From Myxococcota bacterium (GTDB lineage: Bacteria > Myxococcota_A > UBA9160 > UBA6930): a stretch of DNA of 64,000 nt. This document shows, piece by piece, positions 1 to 8,145 of this stretch (its first letter is position 1; each line of letters begins with the position of its first letter). The notes beneath the pieces are model-generated. The model was not told where the DNA came from. It did not search any database and saw only the letters and a program-made list of their open reading frames with translations. Both the position numbers and the translations under genes were made by a program. The stretch is from NCBI GenBank assembly GCA_965223415.1, contig OZ245002.1, positions 3,552,001-3,616,000 of the forward strand, given 5' to 3'.

Positions 1-663
1 GAGCTCGTCCTTGGAGAGCTCCTCACCGGTGGCGCGGGCCACCACGGCAGGGCCGCCGATCAACACCTGGGCGGTGTGGCGGGTCATCAGCGAGAAGTGG
101 GAGGCGACGAGCCGCGCGGCGGGGAAGCCAGCCACCGCGCCCACCGCAGCGGAGACCACCGGCGCAGTGGCCATCACCTGCATGATCGAGCGGAAGCGCG
201 GCGGCGCGAACACCGGGTCGCCCATCGGGCGCGGGGCGCCCTTGCCGCCGCTGCCGGTCACGCTGCCGCCGCCGCCCTCGAGGAAGCGGACGAGGGGCAG
301 GCGGTACCGGAGGGCGAGGGTCTCGCTGTACACGCTCTTGCGCAGGCCCGCCGGCGAGGGTGAGCCGCCGCGCTGGGTGAAATCCTCGCCACCGATCACG
401 ACCGGTCGCCCGTCGACGTGGGCGGTGCCGAGCACGTAGTTGGCGGGCTGGAAGGAGGTGAGGCGGCCCTGCTCATCGGTCTCGCCGTGACCGGCGATCG
501 GGCCCTGCTCGCGGAAGCTGTCGGCGTCGGCGAGCCGCGCGATCCGCTCGCGGATCGTGAGCCGGCCCTTCTCGTGCTGCTTCGCGATCGCCTCGTCGCC
601 GCCCATCTCGAGGGCGCGACGGCGGCGCTCCCCGATTCCGTCGATCTCGGACTTCCAGCTCAA
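1..663 (-). CDS. Acyl-CoA carboxylase carboxyltransferase (beta) subunit, 3' end runs off the window
   Basis: Not in the ORF track. My translation from TTG at 663 gives MSWKSEIDGIGERRRRALEMGGDEAIAKQHEKGRLTIRERIARLAD...GGEDFTQRGGS...IGGPAVVARATGEELSKDEL, typical Carboxyl_trans motifs. GAGGAG RBS upstream. Confidence 0.88.
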   Translation of the reverse strand, partial: MSWKSEIDGIGERRRRALEMGGDEAIAKQHEKGRLTIRERIARLADADSFREQGPIAGHGETDEQGRLTSFQPANYVLGTAHVDGRPVVIGGEDFTQRGGSPSPAGLRKSVYSETLALRYRLPLVRFLEGGGGSVTGSGGKGAPRPMGDPVFAPPRFRSIMQVMATAPVVSAAVGAVAGFPAARLVASHFSLMTRHTAQVLIGGPAVVARATGEELSKDEL

Positions 664-738
664 GGCTTCTCCTCGCTTCCGATCTCGGACTCCTCGCTCG
701 AGGCTTCTCCTCGCCTTCGATCTCGGACTTCCCGCTCG
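643..738. repeat. Imperfect tandem repeat, 38-bp period, about 2.5 copies, overlapping the carboxyltransferase start
   Basis: GATCTCGGAC recurs at 643, 681 and 719. AGGCTTCTCCTCGC is present in the first two copies. Confidence 0.85.
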
Positions 739-756
739 GGGCCGCGAGCCCGGATC

Positions 757-1211
757 CTATCGCGCCCGCTCCGGGTCCGGCCGGCTGGGCAGGGCCTCGA
801 GCCAGGCCAGCCAGTCCTCCGGCAGTCCGTGCTCCCGGGCGCCCTCGAGGATCAGCTGCCGGTACCAGTCGAAGGGCACGGGATCGCCGGTTCGGCGCTC
901 GGAGCGGTAGGTGAGGGCGGCGTGGGAGGCGCCCCGCGGCGATTGCACCTGCACCTGGAGGCGCTCGTAGCCTCCCTCGAAGCGATCGAGGATCTCGAGC
1001 TGCCCCGGCCCGAGCCGGTAGAGCGCCCCCCAGACGTGAGCCCTCGGATCGGCGCGGAGGTTGGCCTTGGCGGAGCCGTCGCTGCCGGCCTTGTCGCACA
1101 CCAGGCGTGTCCCGGAAGGCGCGCCGCTCCGAGCGGCTCGATCACGGGGACGCGCTCGCGGAGGCGACCCATCGAGAGGTTCGAGCCGTAGGCGAAGTAG
1201 AGGACGGTCAC
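757..1211 (-). pseudogene. Gamma-glutamylcyclotransferase (GGCT/AIG2-like) family protein, frameshifted near 1107
   Basis: The N-terminus VTVLYFAYGSNLS...GAARLPGH is in one frame and CDKAGSDGSAKANL...VWGALYRL...LDRFEGGY...PFDWYRQLILEGAREHGLP is in another. One extra C (CAC CGC CTG GTG TGC) would join them. The GTG start overlaps the egtD stop. Confidence 0.8.
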
Positions 1212-2173
1212 CGAGCCCGAAGGGCCTGCACGCTGAACCACTGCCTCGGGTCGGTCCACACGCGCTCCACCTCGAAGCCGGCCTCCCGGGCGACGCCGGC
1301 GAAGCTCTCCAGCGAGTACTTGTGGGAGTGCTCGGTGCAGATCGTCTCGCCGGCGGTGAACCCGATCGTCTCGCCGCCGAGCCGCACCTGCTGGGCCACT
1401 TCGCTCACCAGGTGCATCTCGACGCGGGCGTCCTCGGCATTCCAGTGGGCGCGATGGCGGAAGGCCTCGAGATCGAAGTCGGCCCCGAGCTCCTCGTTCA
1501 GGCGGACGAGAAGGTTGCGGTTGAAGGCGGCGGTGACGCCTGCTGCGTCGTCGTAGGCCCGCTCGAGGACCTCCACGTCCTTGACCAGATCGACCCCGAT
1601 CAAGAGCACGCCGCCGCGTCCGACCTCGGCGTGGGCGGTGTGCAGCAGGGCGGTGGCCGGACCGGTCTCGAAGTTGCCGATGGTGGAGCCCGGGAAGTAG
1701 ACGGCCACCGTGGCCGGCGGCACGCGGGAGGCCGGCACGTCGAAGGGCCGGGTGAAGTCGGCGCACACCGGCAGGATCTCGATCTCCGGATGCTCCGCGT
1801 CGAGCGCTTCTGCCGTGGCCAGCAGGTGCTCGCGGGAGATGTCGACCGGCGCGTAGCCGGCGGGCTCCTCCAGGAGGTCGAGCAGCAGGCGGGTCTTCGT
1901 GCTCGAGCCGCTCCCGTACTCGACGAGCAGGCAGCGGGGGCCGAGCACGGCGGACATCTCCTTCCCGTGCAGGCGCATGATCTCGAGCTCGGTGCGAGTC
2001 GGGTAGTACTCGGGCAGCTCGCAGATCTCCTCGAAGAGGGCGGAGCCCCGCTCGTCGTAGAAGTACTTGCAGGGCAGCTCCTTCGGCGAGCGGGCCAGGC
2101 CCGCGAGCGCGTCGCGCAGGAGCTCGGCTCGCTCGGGCTCGTAGTCGGTGAGCGCGAGTTCGGCCGTCTTCAT
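1208..2173 (-). CDS. egtD: L-histidine N-alpha-methyltransferase (ergothioneine biosynthesis)
   Basis: Motifs KELPCKYFYDERGSALFEEICELPEYYPTRTE, EYGSGSSTKT, FPGSTIGNF, AYDDAAGVTAAFNRN, VEMHL and TEHSHKY. Confidence 0.93.
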   Translation of the reverse strand: MKTAELALTDYEPERAELLRDALAGLARSPKELPCKYFYDERGSALFEEICELPEYYPTRTELEIMRLHGKEMSAVLGPRCLLVEYGSGSSTKTRLLLDLLEEPAGYAPVDISREHLLATAEALDAEHPEIEILPVCADFTRPFDVPASRVPPATVAVYFPGSTIGNFETGPATALLHTAHAEVGRGGVLLIGVDLVKDVEVLERAYDDAAGVTAAFNRNLLVRLNEELGADFDLEAFRHRAHWNAEDARVEMHLVSEVAQQVRLGGETIGFTAGETICTEHSHKYSLESFAGVAREAGFEVERVWTDPRQWFSVQALRAR

Positions 2174-2192
2174 GGGGTCTCCTCCGCGGTGC

Positions 2193-2681
2193 TCAGAATC
2201 GGATCAGCTCCACGTCGAGTTGCTCCAGGTCGACGACGCCGATCGTGTTGTGTCCCTGCATCATGCCGGCGCACTCGCCCGGGTTGAAGGCCAGCCCGCC
2301 ATCCTGCTGCCATTCCCGGGTGGTGAGGTGGGTGTGGCCGTGGAGGGCCAGGGTACCGGGCCCGAGGGCGACGTCCGCGAGCTCCAGCGGATCGTGCACC
2401 ACCACGACATCGCGGTCCTGCCAGGTGACGCGAAGTGGTGGGTCGACGATCTGGAAGCCCAGCTGGCTGGCGGTCTCCTCGAGGCTCGGGCGCTCGAGAT
2501 CGTTGTTGCCGTAGACGCCGACCATCGGACACACGAGAGGCGAGAGGGCGTGCAGGGTCTTGGCCTGGGTGATGTCGCCGGTGTGCACGACGCGACTCAC
2601 GCCGGCGGAGTTGAAGAGCTCGACGATGCGGGCGACGTTGCGCAGGTTGTTGTGGGTGTCGCTGACGACTCCAATGCGCAT
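2193..2681 (-). CDS. YfcE/MJ0936-family metallophosphoesterase
   Basis: MRIGVVSDTHNN, HTGD, GNND, HGHTH and NPGE motifs. The real start lies inside ORF 2193..3380. Confidence 0.9.
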   Translation of the reverse strand: MRIGVVSDTHNNLRNVARIVELFNSAGVSRVVHTGDITQAKTLHALSPLVCPMVGVYGNNDLERPSLEETASQLGFQIVDPPLRVTWQDRDVVVVHDPLELADVALGPGTLALHGHTHLTTREWQQDGGLAFNPGECAGMMQGHNTIGVVDLEQLDVELIRF

Positions 2682-2692
2682 CGCGGCGTGAG

Positions 2693-3364
2693 CTACTCCG
2701 GCGGGGTGAGGGAACCTCGACGGTACCCCTTCACATAGGAGGGTGCCTCCTGGCGCGGGGGATGGCTCTCGTCCGGCACCGGCTCGCCGGCGGCGAGGCG
2801 CAGCGGGATCACGCCGGCCCAAGCCGGATGGCCTTGGTCTTCCGGGTCGTCCTTCGGAGGGCCCGTGCGCAGCTTCGCCGAGGCCTCCTCCATGGGGACC
2901 GCCAGCACCCGGGTGAACGCGAGCTCCTCTTCGTTCGGCGGCCGCGCGTCTGCCGTGCGCCCCGGGGCCACGTGCTCGACGAGGGCGTCGAGCACCCGCC
3001 GCTTCTCGTCCAGGTCGTCGACGCTGCGGGCGGTGCCGAACACCACGACCGAGCGGAAGTTCATCGAGTGGTGGAACGCGGAGCGGGCGAGGACGAGGCC
3101 GTCGAGGTGGGTGACGGTGACGCAGACCGGTACGCCCCTTCGCAGCTCCTTCAACATGCGGCTCGCCGGCGAGCCGTGCAGGTAGAGCACCTCGTCGATC
3201 CGCACGTAGGCGGTCGGGATCACGAAGGGCTGTCCCTTCACGGCGAATCCCACGTGGGCGACCAGGCCCTCGTCCAGCAGGGCGTGGACCGTGTCGCGGT
3301 CGTAGGTGCCCCGCTCGGGGAGGCGCCGGAGGACGTTGCGGGTGCCGGCAGGGTAGGTCTTCAT
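2693..3364 (-). CDS. Pyridoxamine 5'-phosphate oxidase-like flavin-binding protein (NimA-related)
   Basis: RRLPERGTYDR, LYLHGSPASRM, LDGLVLARSAFHHSMNFRSVV, SAKLRTGPPKDD and WAGVIPL. Confidence 0.9.
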   Translation of the reverse strand: MKTYPAGTRNVLRRLPERGTYDRDTVHALLDEGLVAHVGFAVKGQPFVIPTAYVRIDEVLYLHGSPASRMLKELRRGVPVCVTVTHLDGLVLARSAFHHSMNFRSVVVFGTARSVDDLDEKRRVLDALVEHVAPGRTADARPPNEEELAFTRVLAVPMEEASAKLRTGPPKDDPEDQGHPAWAGVIPLRLAAGEPVPDESHPPRQEAPSYVKGYRRGSLTPPE

Positions 3365-3366
3365 GA

Positions 3367-3401
3367 TTGTACCAGTACAAAAGAATGTATAAGGCGATAC
3401 A
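3367..3401. promoter_or_regulatory. Two AT-rich palindromic operator-like sites in a divergent promoter region
   Basis: TTGTAC-CA-GTACAA at 3367-3380 and TGTAT-N6-ATACA at 3386-3401, within an AT-rich patch in a GC-rich genome. Confidence 0.55.
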
Positions 3402-3423
3402 ATCTAGCGCCTACTCTTCGCCG

Positions 3424-4401
3424 GTGCTCGTCGTCACCGCTCCCGCTCGCGCCAACCTGATCGGCAATCCCTCGGACCAGTACGGCGGCTCGACCCTCTC
3501 CTGCTCGGTCCCCCTGCGCGCGCGGGTCGAGGTGAGCGCGGCGCCGAAGGGGCTGCTCGAGACGGCGGGGCAGTCGTTCCGCATCGCCGGGGCCGAGGAC
3601 CTGGCCCCGCGCGGGGACCGTTTCGACATCGCTCGCTGCGTGCTGGCCCACCTCGGAATCGATCGGCCCGAGGTGTGCGTGCGCTATGGGAGCGAGATTC
3701 CCCTCCAGAGCGGCATGGCGGGCTCGACCGCCCTGGTGGTGGCGCTGCTGCGCGCCCTCCTGGAGTGGCTGGGCGAGCCTCCCGGGGCCTACGCCCTGGC
3801 CGAACGGGCGCGTCGCGTCGAGCGGGAGCAACTCGGTGTGCAGTGCGGCTACGTCGACCAGTACCTGGCCGTGTTCGGCGGTCTCCGCCACGTCGACCTG
3901 CGCGGCAAGGCGCGTGAAGACGCCGGCCCGACGCCCTACGCCAGCGTCGAGGACCTCGCGCCCCACGTGTCGAAGCTTCCCTTCGTGCTCGCCTTCACCG
4001 GCGTGCGCCACTCGTCGGACTCGGTGCATCGTCCGCTGCGGGAGCGATGGGAGGCCGGCGAGACGGAGGTGGTGACGGCCTACGAGCGCATCGGCGAGCT
4101 GGGCCGGCTCGGCAAGCGTGCGCTCCTCGACGCGGCCTGGGACGAGCTCGGCGCCCTGATGGACGAGAACCACGCCATCCAGCAGCGCCTCGGCGGCTCC
4201 GGCCCTTCCAACGATCGCCTGATCGAGGCCGCCCGGGCCGCCGGCGCGCCCGGCGCCAAGCTCGCCGGCGCGGGCCGGGGCGGCACCATCGTGGCCCTCT
4301 GGCCCGAGAAGGATCCGGCTCCCCTCGAGGCCGCCCTCCGCCGCGCCGGTGCCACCGCCCTCTACCGCCCCCACCCCGTCCCCGGCACCCGGCTCGAATG
4401 A
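3424..4401 (+). CDS. GHMP-family sugar kinase, glucuronokinase-like
   Basis: ARANLIGNPSDQYGG, IPLQSGMAGSTA (GHMP PxxxGLxSSA-type loop), CGYVDQY and GAKLAGAGRGG. Probable GTG start at 3424. Confidence 0.85.
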   Translation: MLVVTAPARANLIGNPSDQYGGSTLSCSVPLRARVEVSAAPKGLLETAGQSFRIAGAEDLAPRGDRFDIARCVLAHLGIDRPEVCVRYGSEIPLQSGMAGSTALVVALLRALLEWLGEPPGAYALAERARRVEREQLGVQCGYVDQYLAVFGGLRHVDLRGKAREDAGPTPYASVEDLAPHVSKLPFVLAFTGVRHSSDSVHRPLRERWEAGETEVVTAYERIGELGRLGKRALLDAAWDELGALMDENHAIQQRLGGSGPSNDRLIEAARAAGAPGAKLAGAGRGGTIVALWPEKDPAPLEAALRRAGATALYRPHPVPGTRLE

Positions 4402-4476
4402 AGAAACGGGGCCAGAGTTAAGAATTCAGTTACGCCCCAGGGGCGTAACTGAATTCTTAACTCTGGCCCCGTTTCT
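4402..4476. repeat. Perfect palindrome with 37-bp arms between convergent genes (copy 1); possible bidirectional terminator or REP-like element
   Basis: AGAAACGGGGCCAGAGTTAAGAATTCAGTTACGCCCC-A-GGGGCGTAACTGAATTCTTAACTCTGGCCCCGTTTCT. Confidence 0.95.
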
Positions 4477-5960
4477 CAAGCGCGGGTGCGGACGGTGCGG
4501 CGGAGGGCGGAGGGGAGGGTGACGCGCATGCGCGTGCCGCCCGGGCTGGTGTCCACGTCGATCGTGCCGCCGTGGCGGGCGATGAGCTGGCGGGTCACCG
4601 GCAGGCCCAGGCCCGTGCCGCGGCCCGCCTCCTTCGTGGTGAAGAAGGGGTCGAAGATCCGCGGCAGGACGTCGTCGGGAATCCCGTTGCCGTCGTCGAT
4701 GACCGACAGCTCGACCTGCTCGCCCAGGTCGCGGACGCGCAGGGTCACGTGGCCGCCGCCGGAGCGGTCGTCGGGGATCGCGTGGATCGCATTCACGAGC
4801 AGGTTCAGCACGACCTGGCCGAGCAGCCGCTCGTCGCCGATCACCGGTGGCGCCGGATCGAGCTCGGTGCGCAGCACCACGTCGTCCCGCGCCTGGTGGC
4901 GGGCGAGCCGCAGCACGGCCTCGATCACGCCCTCGAGCTCCACCGCGTGGGCGGCGCCCTCCTCGCGCTGGGCCATGGCCACGAGGCTGGTCACCGTCGA
5001 CGAGATGCGCGCGAGCCCCTCGCGGGTCTCGTGCAGGATCTCCTCGAACAGCGCGCCGGCGTCCTCCTGGTCCGGGTCCTTCGCCAGCTCCTCCAACTGG
5101 TTCAGGTTCGCGGAGACGAAGGCGAGCGGGTTGTTGATCTCGTGGGCGACGCCGGCGGCGAGGGTGCCCACCGTGGCCATCCGGTCGCCGTGGGCGAGCT
5201 GGAGCTCGCGTTGGCGGATCTCCTCGAGCCGTTCCTCGGCCTGCACCTGGAGCTGCTCGGCGCCCTCGAGACTGAGGGCACGGGAGCGCGCGATGCGGCT
5301 CACCAGCAGCCCCGTGAAGGCGCACGCGAAGGCGTCATAGCCCATCACCATGAGGAACGGCCCGGAAATCAGCCCCGCTCCCACCGCCGTGTCGAAGGCG
5401 GCGCAGCCGGCCCAGAACACGGCCGCGATCAGGAGTGGACTCGCCGGAACCCCCGTGCCCGGCAGGTGCCGCCGGTAGTGGCGCACCATCAGCACGAACG
5501 CCGCGATCAGGCTGACCGAGGCCACCCCCATTCCGGGTGCGATGACCGTGTCGACGTAGCGAATGCCGAGGGGCGGAACTTCCCGGACCACCGGCTCGAA
5601 GGTGTGACCGAGGCCGGGCACCCAGGAGAGGGGGAAGAGGATGGCGATGCCGCCGACCAGCAGCGGCTTCACCCAGCCCAGGGGCGCGTTCAGGAAACTC
5701 TCGCTGAAGCGGGCGATGCCCCAGGCCAGGACCACGCACGAGAGCAGCACGCCCTCCCGGATCAGGCCGGCCTCCCAGGGGCCGGTGGAGTGGTAGAGGG
5801 CGGCCGTGAACCCGGCGGCGGGCACCACGCCCGCGGCGGCCACGGCCAGCCAAAGGTGCGCCCGCTCGCCGCGCCGAAAGGAGAAGAAGAGGGCGTTGAA
5901 CGCGGCGACGCAGAGCGCCACTACGCCTAACATCAAGGTCAGGGAGGCGGCGGTGTTCAT
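4476..5960 (-). CDS. Membrane-bound sensor histidine kinase (multi-TM N-terminus, HisKA, HATPase)
   Basis: H-box AAGVAHEINNPL, N-box QVVLNLLVNAIHA, DDGNGI and [14 protein letters not shown]. Confidence 0.93.
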   Translation of the reverse strand: MNTAASLTLMLGVVALCVAAFNALFFSFRRGERAHLWLAVAAAGVVPAAGFTAALYHSTGPWEAGLIREGVLLSCVVLAWGIARFSESFLNAPLGWVKPLLVGGIAILFPLSWVPGLGHTFEPVVREVPPLGIRYVDTVIAPGMGVASVSLIAAFVLMVRHYRRHLPGTGVPASPLLIAAVFWAGCAAFDTAVGAGLISGPFLMVMGYDAFACAFTGLLVSRIARSRALSLEGAEQLQVQAEERLEEIRQRELQLAHGDRMATVGTLAAGVAHEINNPLAFVSANLNQLEELAKDPDQEDAGALFEEILHETREGLARISSTVTSLVAMAQREEGAAHAVELEGVIEAVLRLARHQARDDVVLRTELDPAPPVIGDERLLGQVVLNLLVNAIHAIPDDRSGGGHVTLRVRDLGEQVELSVIDDGNGIPDDVLPRIFDPFFTTKEAGRGTGLGLPVTRQLIARHGGTIDVDTSPGGTRMRVTLPSALRRTVRTRA

Positions 5961-7426
5961 GCCGGCTCCGCGGACACGCCCAAGGCCGGAAGCTCCACGT
6001 GGAACGTGGTGCCGCTCGGCGAGCTCTCCATGTCGATCCGACCGCGATGCCGCTCGACGAGCTGGCGGGTCACCGTGAGCCCGAGGCCGCTCCCCTCGCC
6101 CGGCGGCTTGGTCGTGAAGAAGGGCTCGAAGACGTGCGCGCGCACCTCCTCCGGGATGCCCGGGCCGGTGTCGCTCACCGAGAGACGCACGCCCGAATCG
6201 GTCGCGGTGGTTTCGACGACGACCCGATGCTGACTGGCGTTCGCCAGGGGCACCGCGTGCAGCGCGTTCAGCACCAGGTTGAGCACGACCTGGCCGAGGA
6301 GGCGCTCGTCGCCCTCGATCGGCGGCAGGGGCGCGAGCGAGGTCTCGAGCACCGCCCGCCCCCGCGCCTCGTGGCCGACGATCGGCAGCACGCCCTCCAC
6401 CACCTGGTTCAAGTCCACCGGCCCGAGCTGGCCCGCATCGCGGCGCGCGACGTGCAAGAGCTCGGAGACGATCGAGCGGATCCGATCGACCGCCTCCCGG
6501 GCGTCCGCCAGCCCGGTGTCGAAGGCGGTGCGCTCGCCCTCCTCTCCGAAACGGCTCGCGACGCCGTCGAGCTGCTGGTTCACCTCGCTGAGCGGGTCCT
6601 GGATCTCGTGGGCGAGGCCCGCGGCAAGGGTTCCCACCGTCGCCATGCGCGCACCATGAGCCACCTGCAGGTCCTTCTGGCGAAGGTCTTCGGTGCGCTC
6701 GTCCACGAGCCGCCGGAGCTCATCGGCGCTGGCCTCGAGGGTGCCGAGGGAGTCCACGAAGCGTCGCACCAGGAAGAAGGTGAACGCGAGGAGGAAGAGG
6801 ACGTAGCCCGCCACCACCAGGTAGGGGCCGCGGTAGGCGCCCATGCCGATCGCCACGTCGTGGGTGGCGGCCACCAGCCAGAGGACCGCCGAGCCCACCA
6901 GGAGCGCCGGCTGCTCCAGGTGCCGCCGGCGCTTCCAGAACAGCACGATCACGACGACGAAGATCAGCAGGAAGGGCCCGAACATCACGCTCGCGAGGGG
7001 CGAGAGCCGGCTCTCGACGAAGTCGAGGCCCAGCGCCGGCACCCGCGCGTGGACCAGCTCGCCCGCGAAGACCAGGTCGGGACGCGCGAGCGCCACGGCG
7101 ACGAACAGCACCGAGAACACCGCCGCCGGGATCTCGAGCCACCGGATGCGCACATCGGCGAAGAGCGACGTGAAGCGCAGGAAGCCGATCACCAGGGGCG
7201 GACAGCAGCCGAGCGAGACGAGCTGGGCGCGCTGGGCCGCGGCGAGGGTCTGGGCGTCGTACGCCAACGCGTTGCCCACGGCGAGCTGCACGATGCCCAG
7301 GGCCGCCACGGCGAGCCAGAAGTGATCGCGGCTCCGCCGCCCGAGGCGGTGGAGCCCGAAGTTGAGCAGGGCCGCGCAGAGGGCGGCCACGCCCAGCGCG
7401 ATCGAGACGACGGAGGCGGGGCCCAT
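5957..7426 (-). CDS. Membrane-bound sensor histidine kinase, paralogue of the adjacent kinase
   Basis: About 7 TM segments, AAGLAHEIQDPL, QVVLNLVLNALHA, DTGPGI and FEPFFTTK..GSGLGL. Start chosen at MGPASVV (7426); 7438 is an alternative. Confidence 0.9.
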   Translation of the reverse strand: MGPASVVSIALGVAALCAALLNFGLHRLGRRSRDHFWLAVAALGIVQLAVGNALAYDAQTLAAAQRAQLVSLGCCPPLVIGFLRFTSLFADVRIRWLEIPAAVFSVLFVAVALARPDLVFAGELVHARVPALGLDFVESRLSPLASVMFGPFLLIFVVVIVLFWKRRRHLEQPALLVGSAVLWLVAATHDVAIGMGAYRGPYLVVAGYVLFLLAFTFFLVRRFVDSLGTLEASADELRRLVDERTEDLRQKDLQVAHGARMATVGTLAAGLAHEIQDPLSEVNQQLDGVASRFGEEGERTAFDTGLADAREAVDRIRSIVSELLHVARRDAGQLGPVDLNQVVEGVLPIVGHEARGRAVLETSLAPLPPIEGDERLLGQVVLNLVLNALHAVPLANASQHRVVVETTATDSGVRLSVSDTGPGIPEEVRAHVFEPFFTTKPPGEGSGLGLTVTRQLVERHRGRIDMESSPSGTTFHVELPALGVSAEPA

Positions 7427-7434
7427 CGCCGCTT

Positions 7435-7462
7435 GCATCGGCGCAGCGCGATTTCCCCTTGA
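7435..7462 (-). promoter_or_regulatory. Sigma28 (FliA/WhiG)-like promoter
   Basis: TCAA-N16-GCCGATGC on the minus strand, ending 8 nt before ATG 7426. Confidence 0.5.
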
Positions 7463-7485
7463 GATGGCTGGGTTATGCTGCCCCG

Positions 7486-8145
7486 ATGCCGTCTGGATGG
7501 GGCGTCTGGGCCGGTCTCTTCGTCGCCGCGGTCCTCGCCTGGGGCCTGTGGCGGGTGTTCGGCGGCTACCGCCGGGCCCGCGGTTCGGCCGGCGCCCTGG
7601 CCCCTCGCGAGCTCGCCTTCCTGGCCGCCGCTGCCGACGCCACCTATCCGGCGGGCGGCCCCGTGCCGCCCTCCGGCCCCGCAGCCGGCATTCCCGCCTT
7701 CGCGGATCGCTACGTCGCCGCGGTCCCGCCCGGCACGGCGCTCCTGATGCGGCTGCTCTTCTTCCTGATGGAGCACGCCACCTTCCTCTTCGCTGCGCCG
7801 GGGCGGGGCGGCCGACGGCGCTTCTCGGCGCTCTCGGCGGAGCAGCGCTGCGCGGTGCTCGAGGGGTGGCGGACCAGCGCCTGGTTCCCGCGCCGGCTCG
7901 TGTTCTCGAGCCTGCGGGCCATCCTGACCATGGGCTACTTCTCCGATCCGGTCGTCCTGCGCCACCTGCACCTGGCGGCAAAGCGGATCGATTCGCCGGT
8001 GGTCGAGGCGGATCTCCTCTACCCGGCGATCGGCGCCCACCCGAGCACGATTCCCTACGGACCCGGCGATCTGTCCGAGCCATCCGGAGAGCCGCTGCCG
8101 GCGGACGCGCCGCTGCATCCCGCCCACGCCGGAGAGCCGGGATGA
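7486..8145 (+). CDS. Gluconate 2-dehydrogenase subunit 3-like partner of the GMC oxidoreductase
   Basis: LAAAADATYP, RRFSALSAEQRCAVLEGW and LRAILTMGYF. Its stop overlaps the GMC start (ATGA). Confidence 0.7.
   Translation: MPSGWGVWAGLFVAAVLAWGLWRVFGGYRRARGSAGALAPRELAFLAAAADATYPAGGPVPPSGPAAGIPAFADRYVAAVPPGTALLMRLLFFLMEHATFLFAAPGRGGRRRFSALSAEQRCAVLEGWRTSAWFPRRLVFSSLRAILTMGYFSDPVVLRHLHLAAKRIDSPVVEADLLYPAIGAHPSTIPYGPGDLSEPSGEPLPADAPLHPAHAGEPG

Noticed and set aside
643..738. 38-bp periodic repeat as a CRISPR array
   Set aside because: The units are adjacent degenerate copies without unique spacers, they overlap a coding start, and there are no cas genes.
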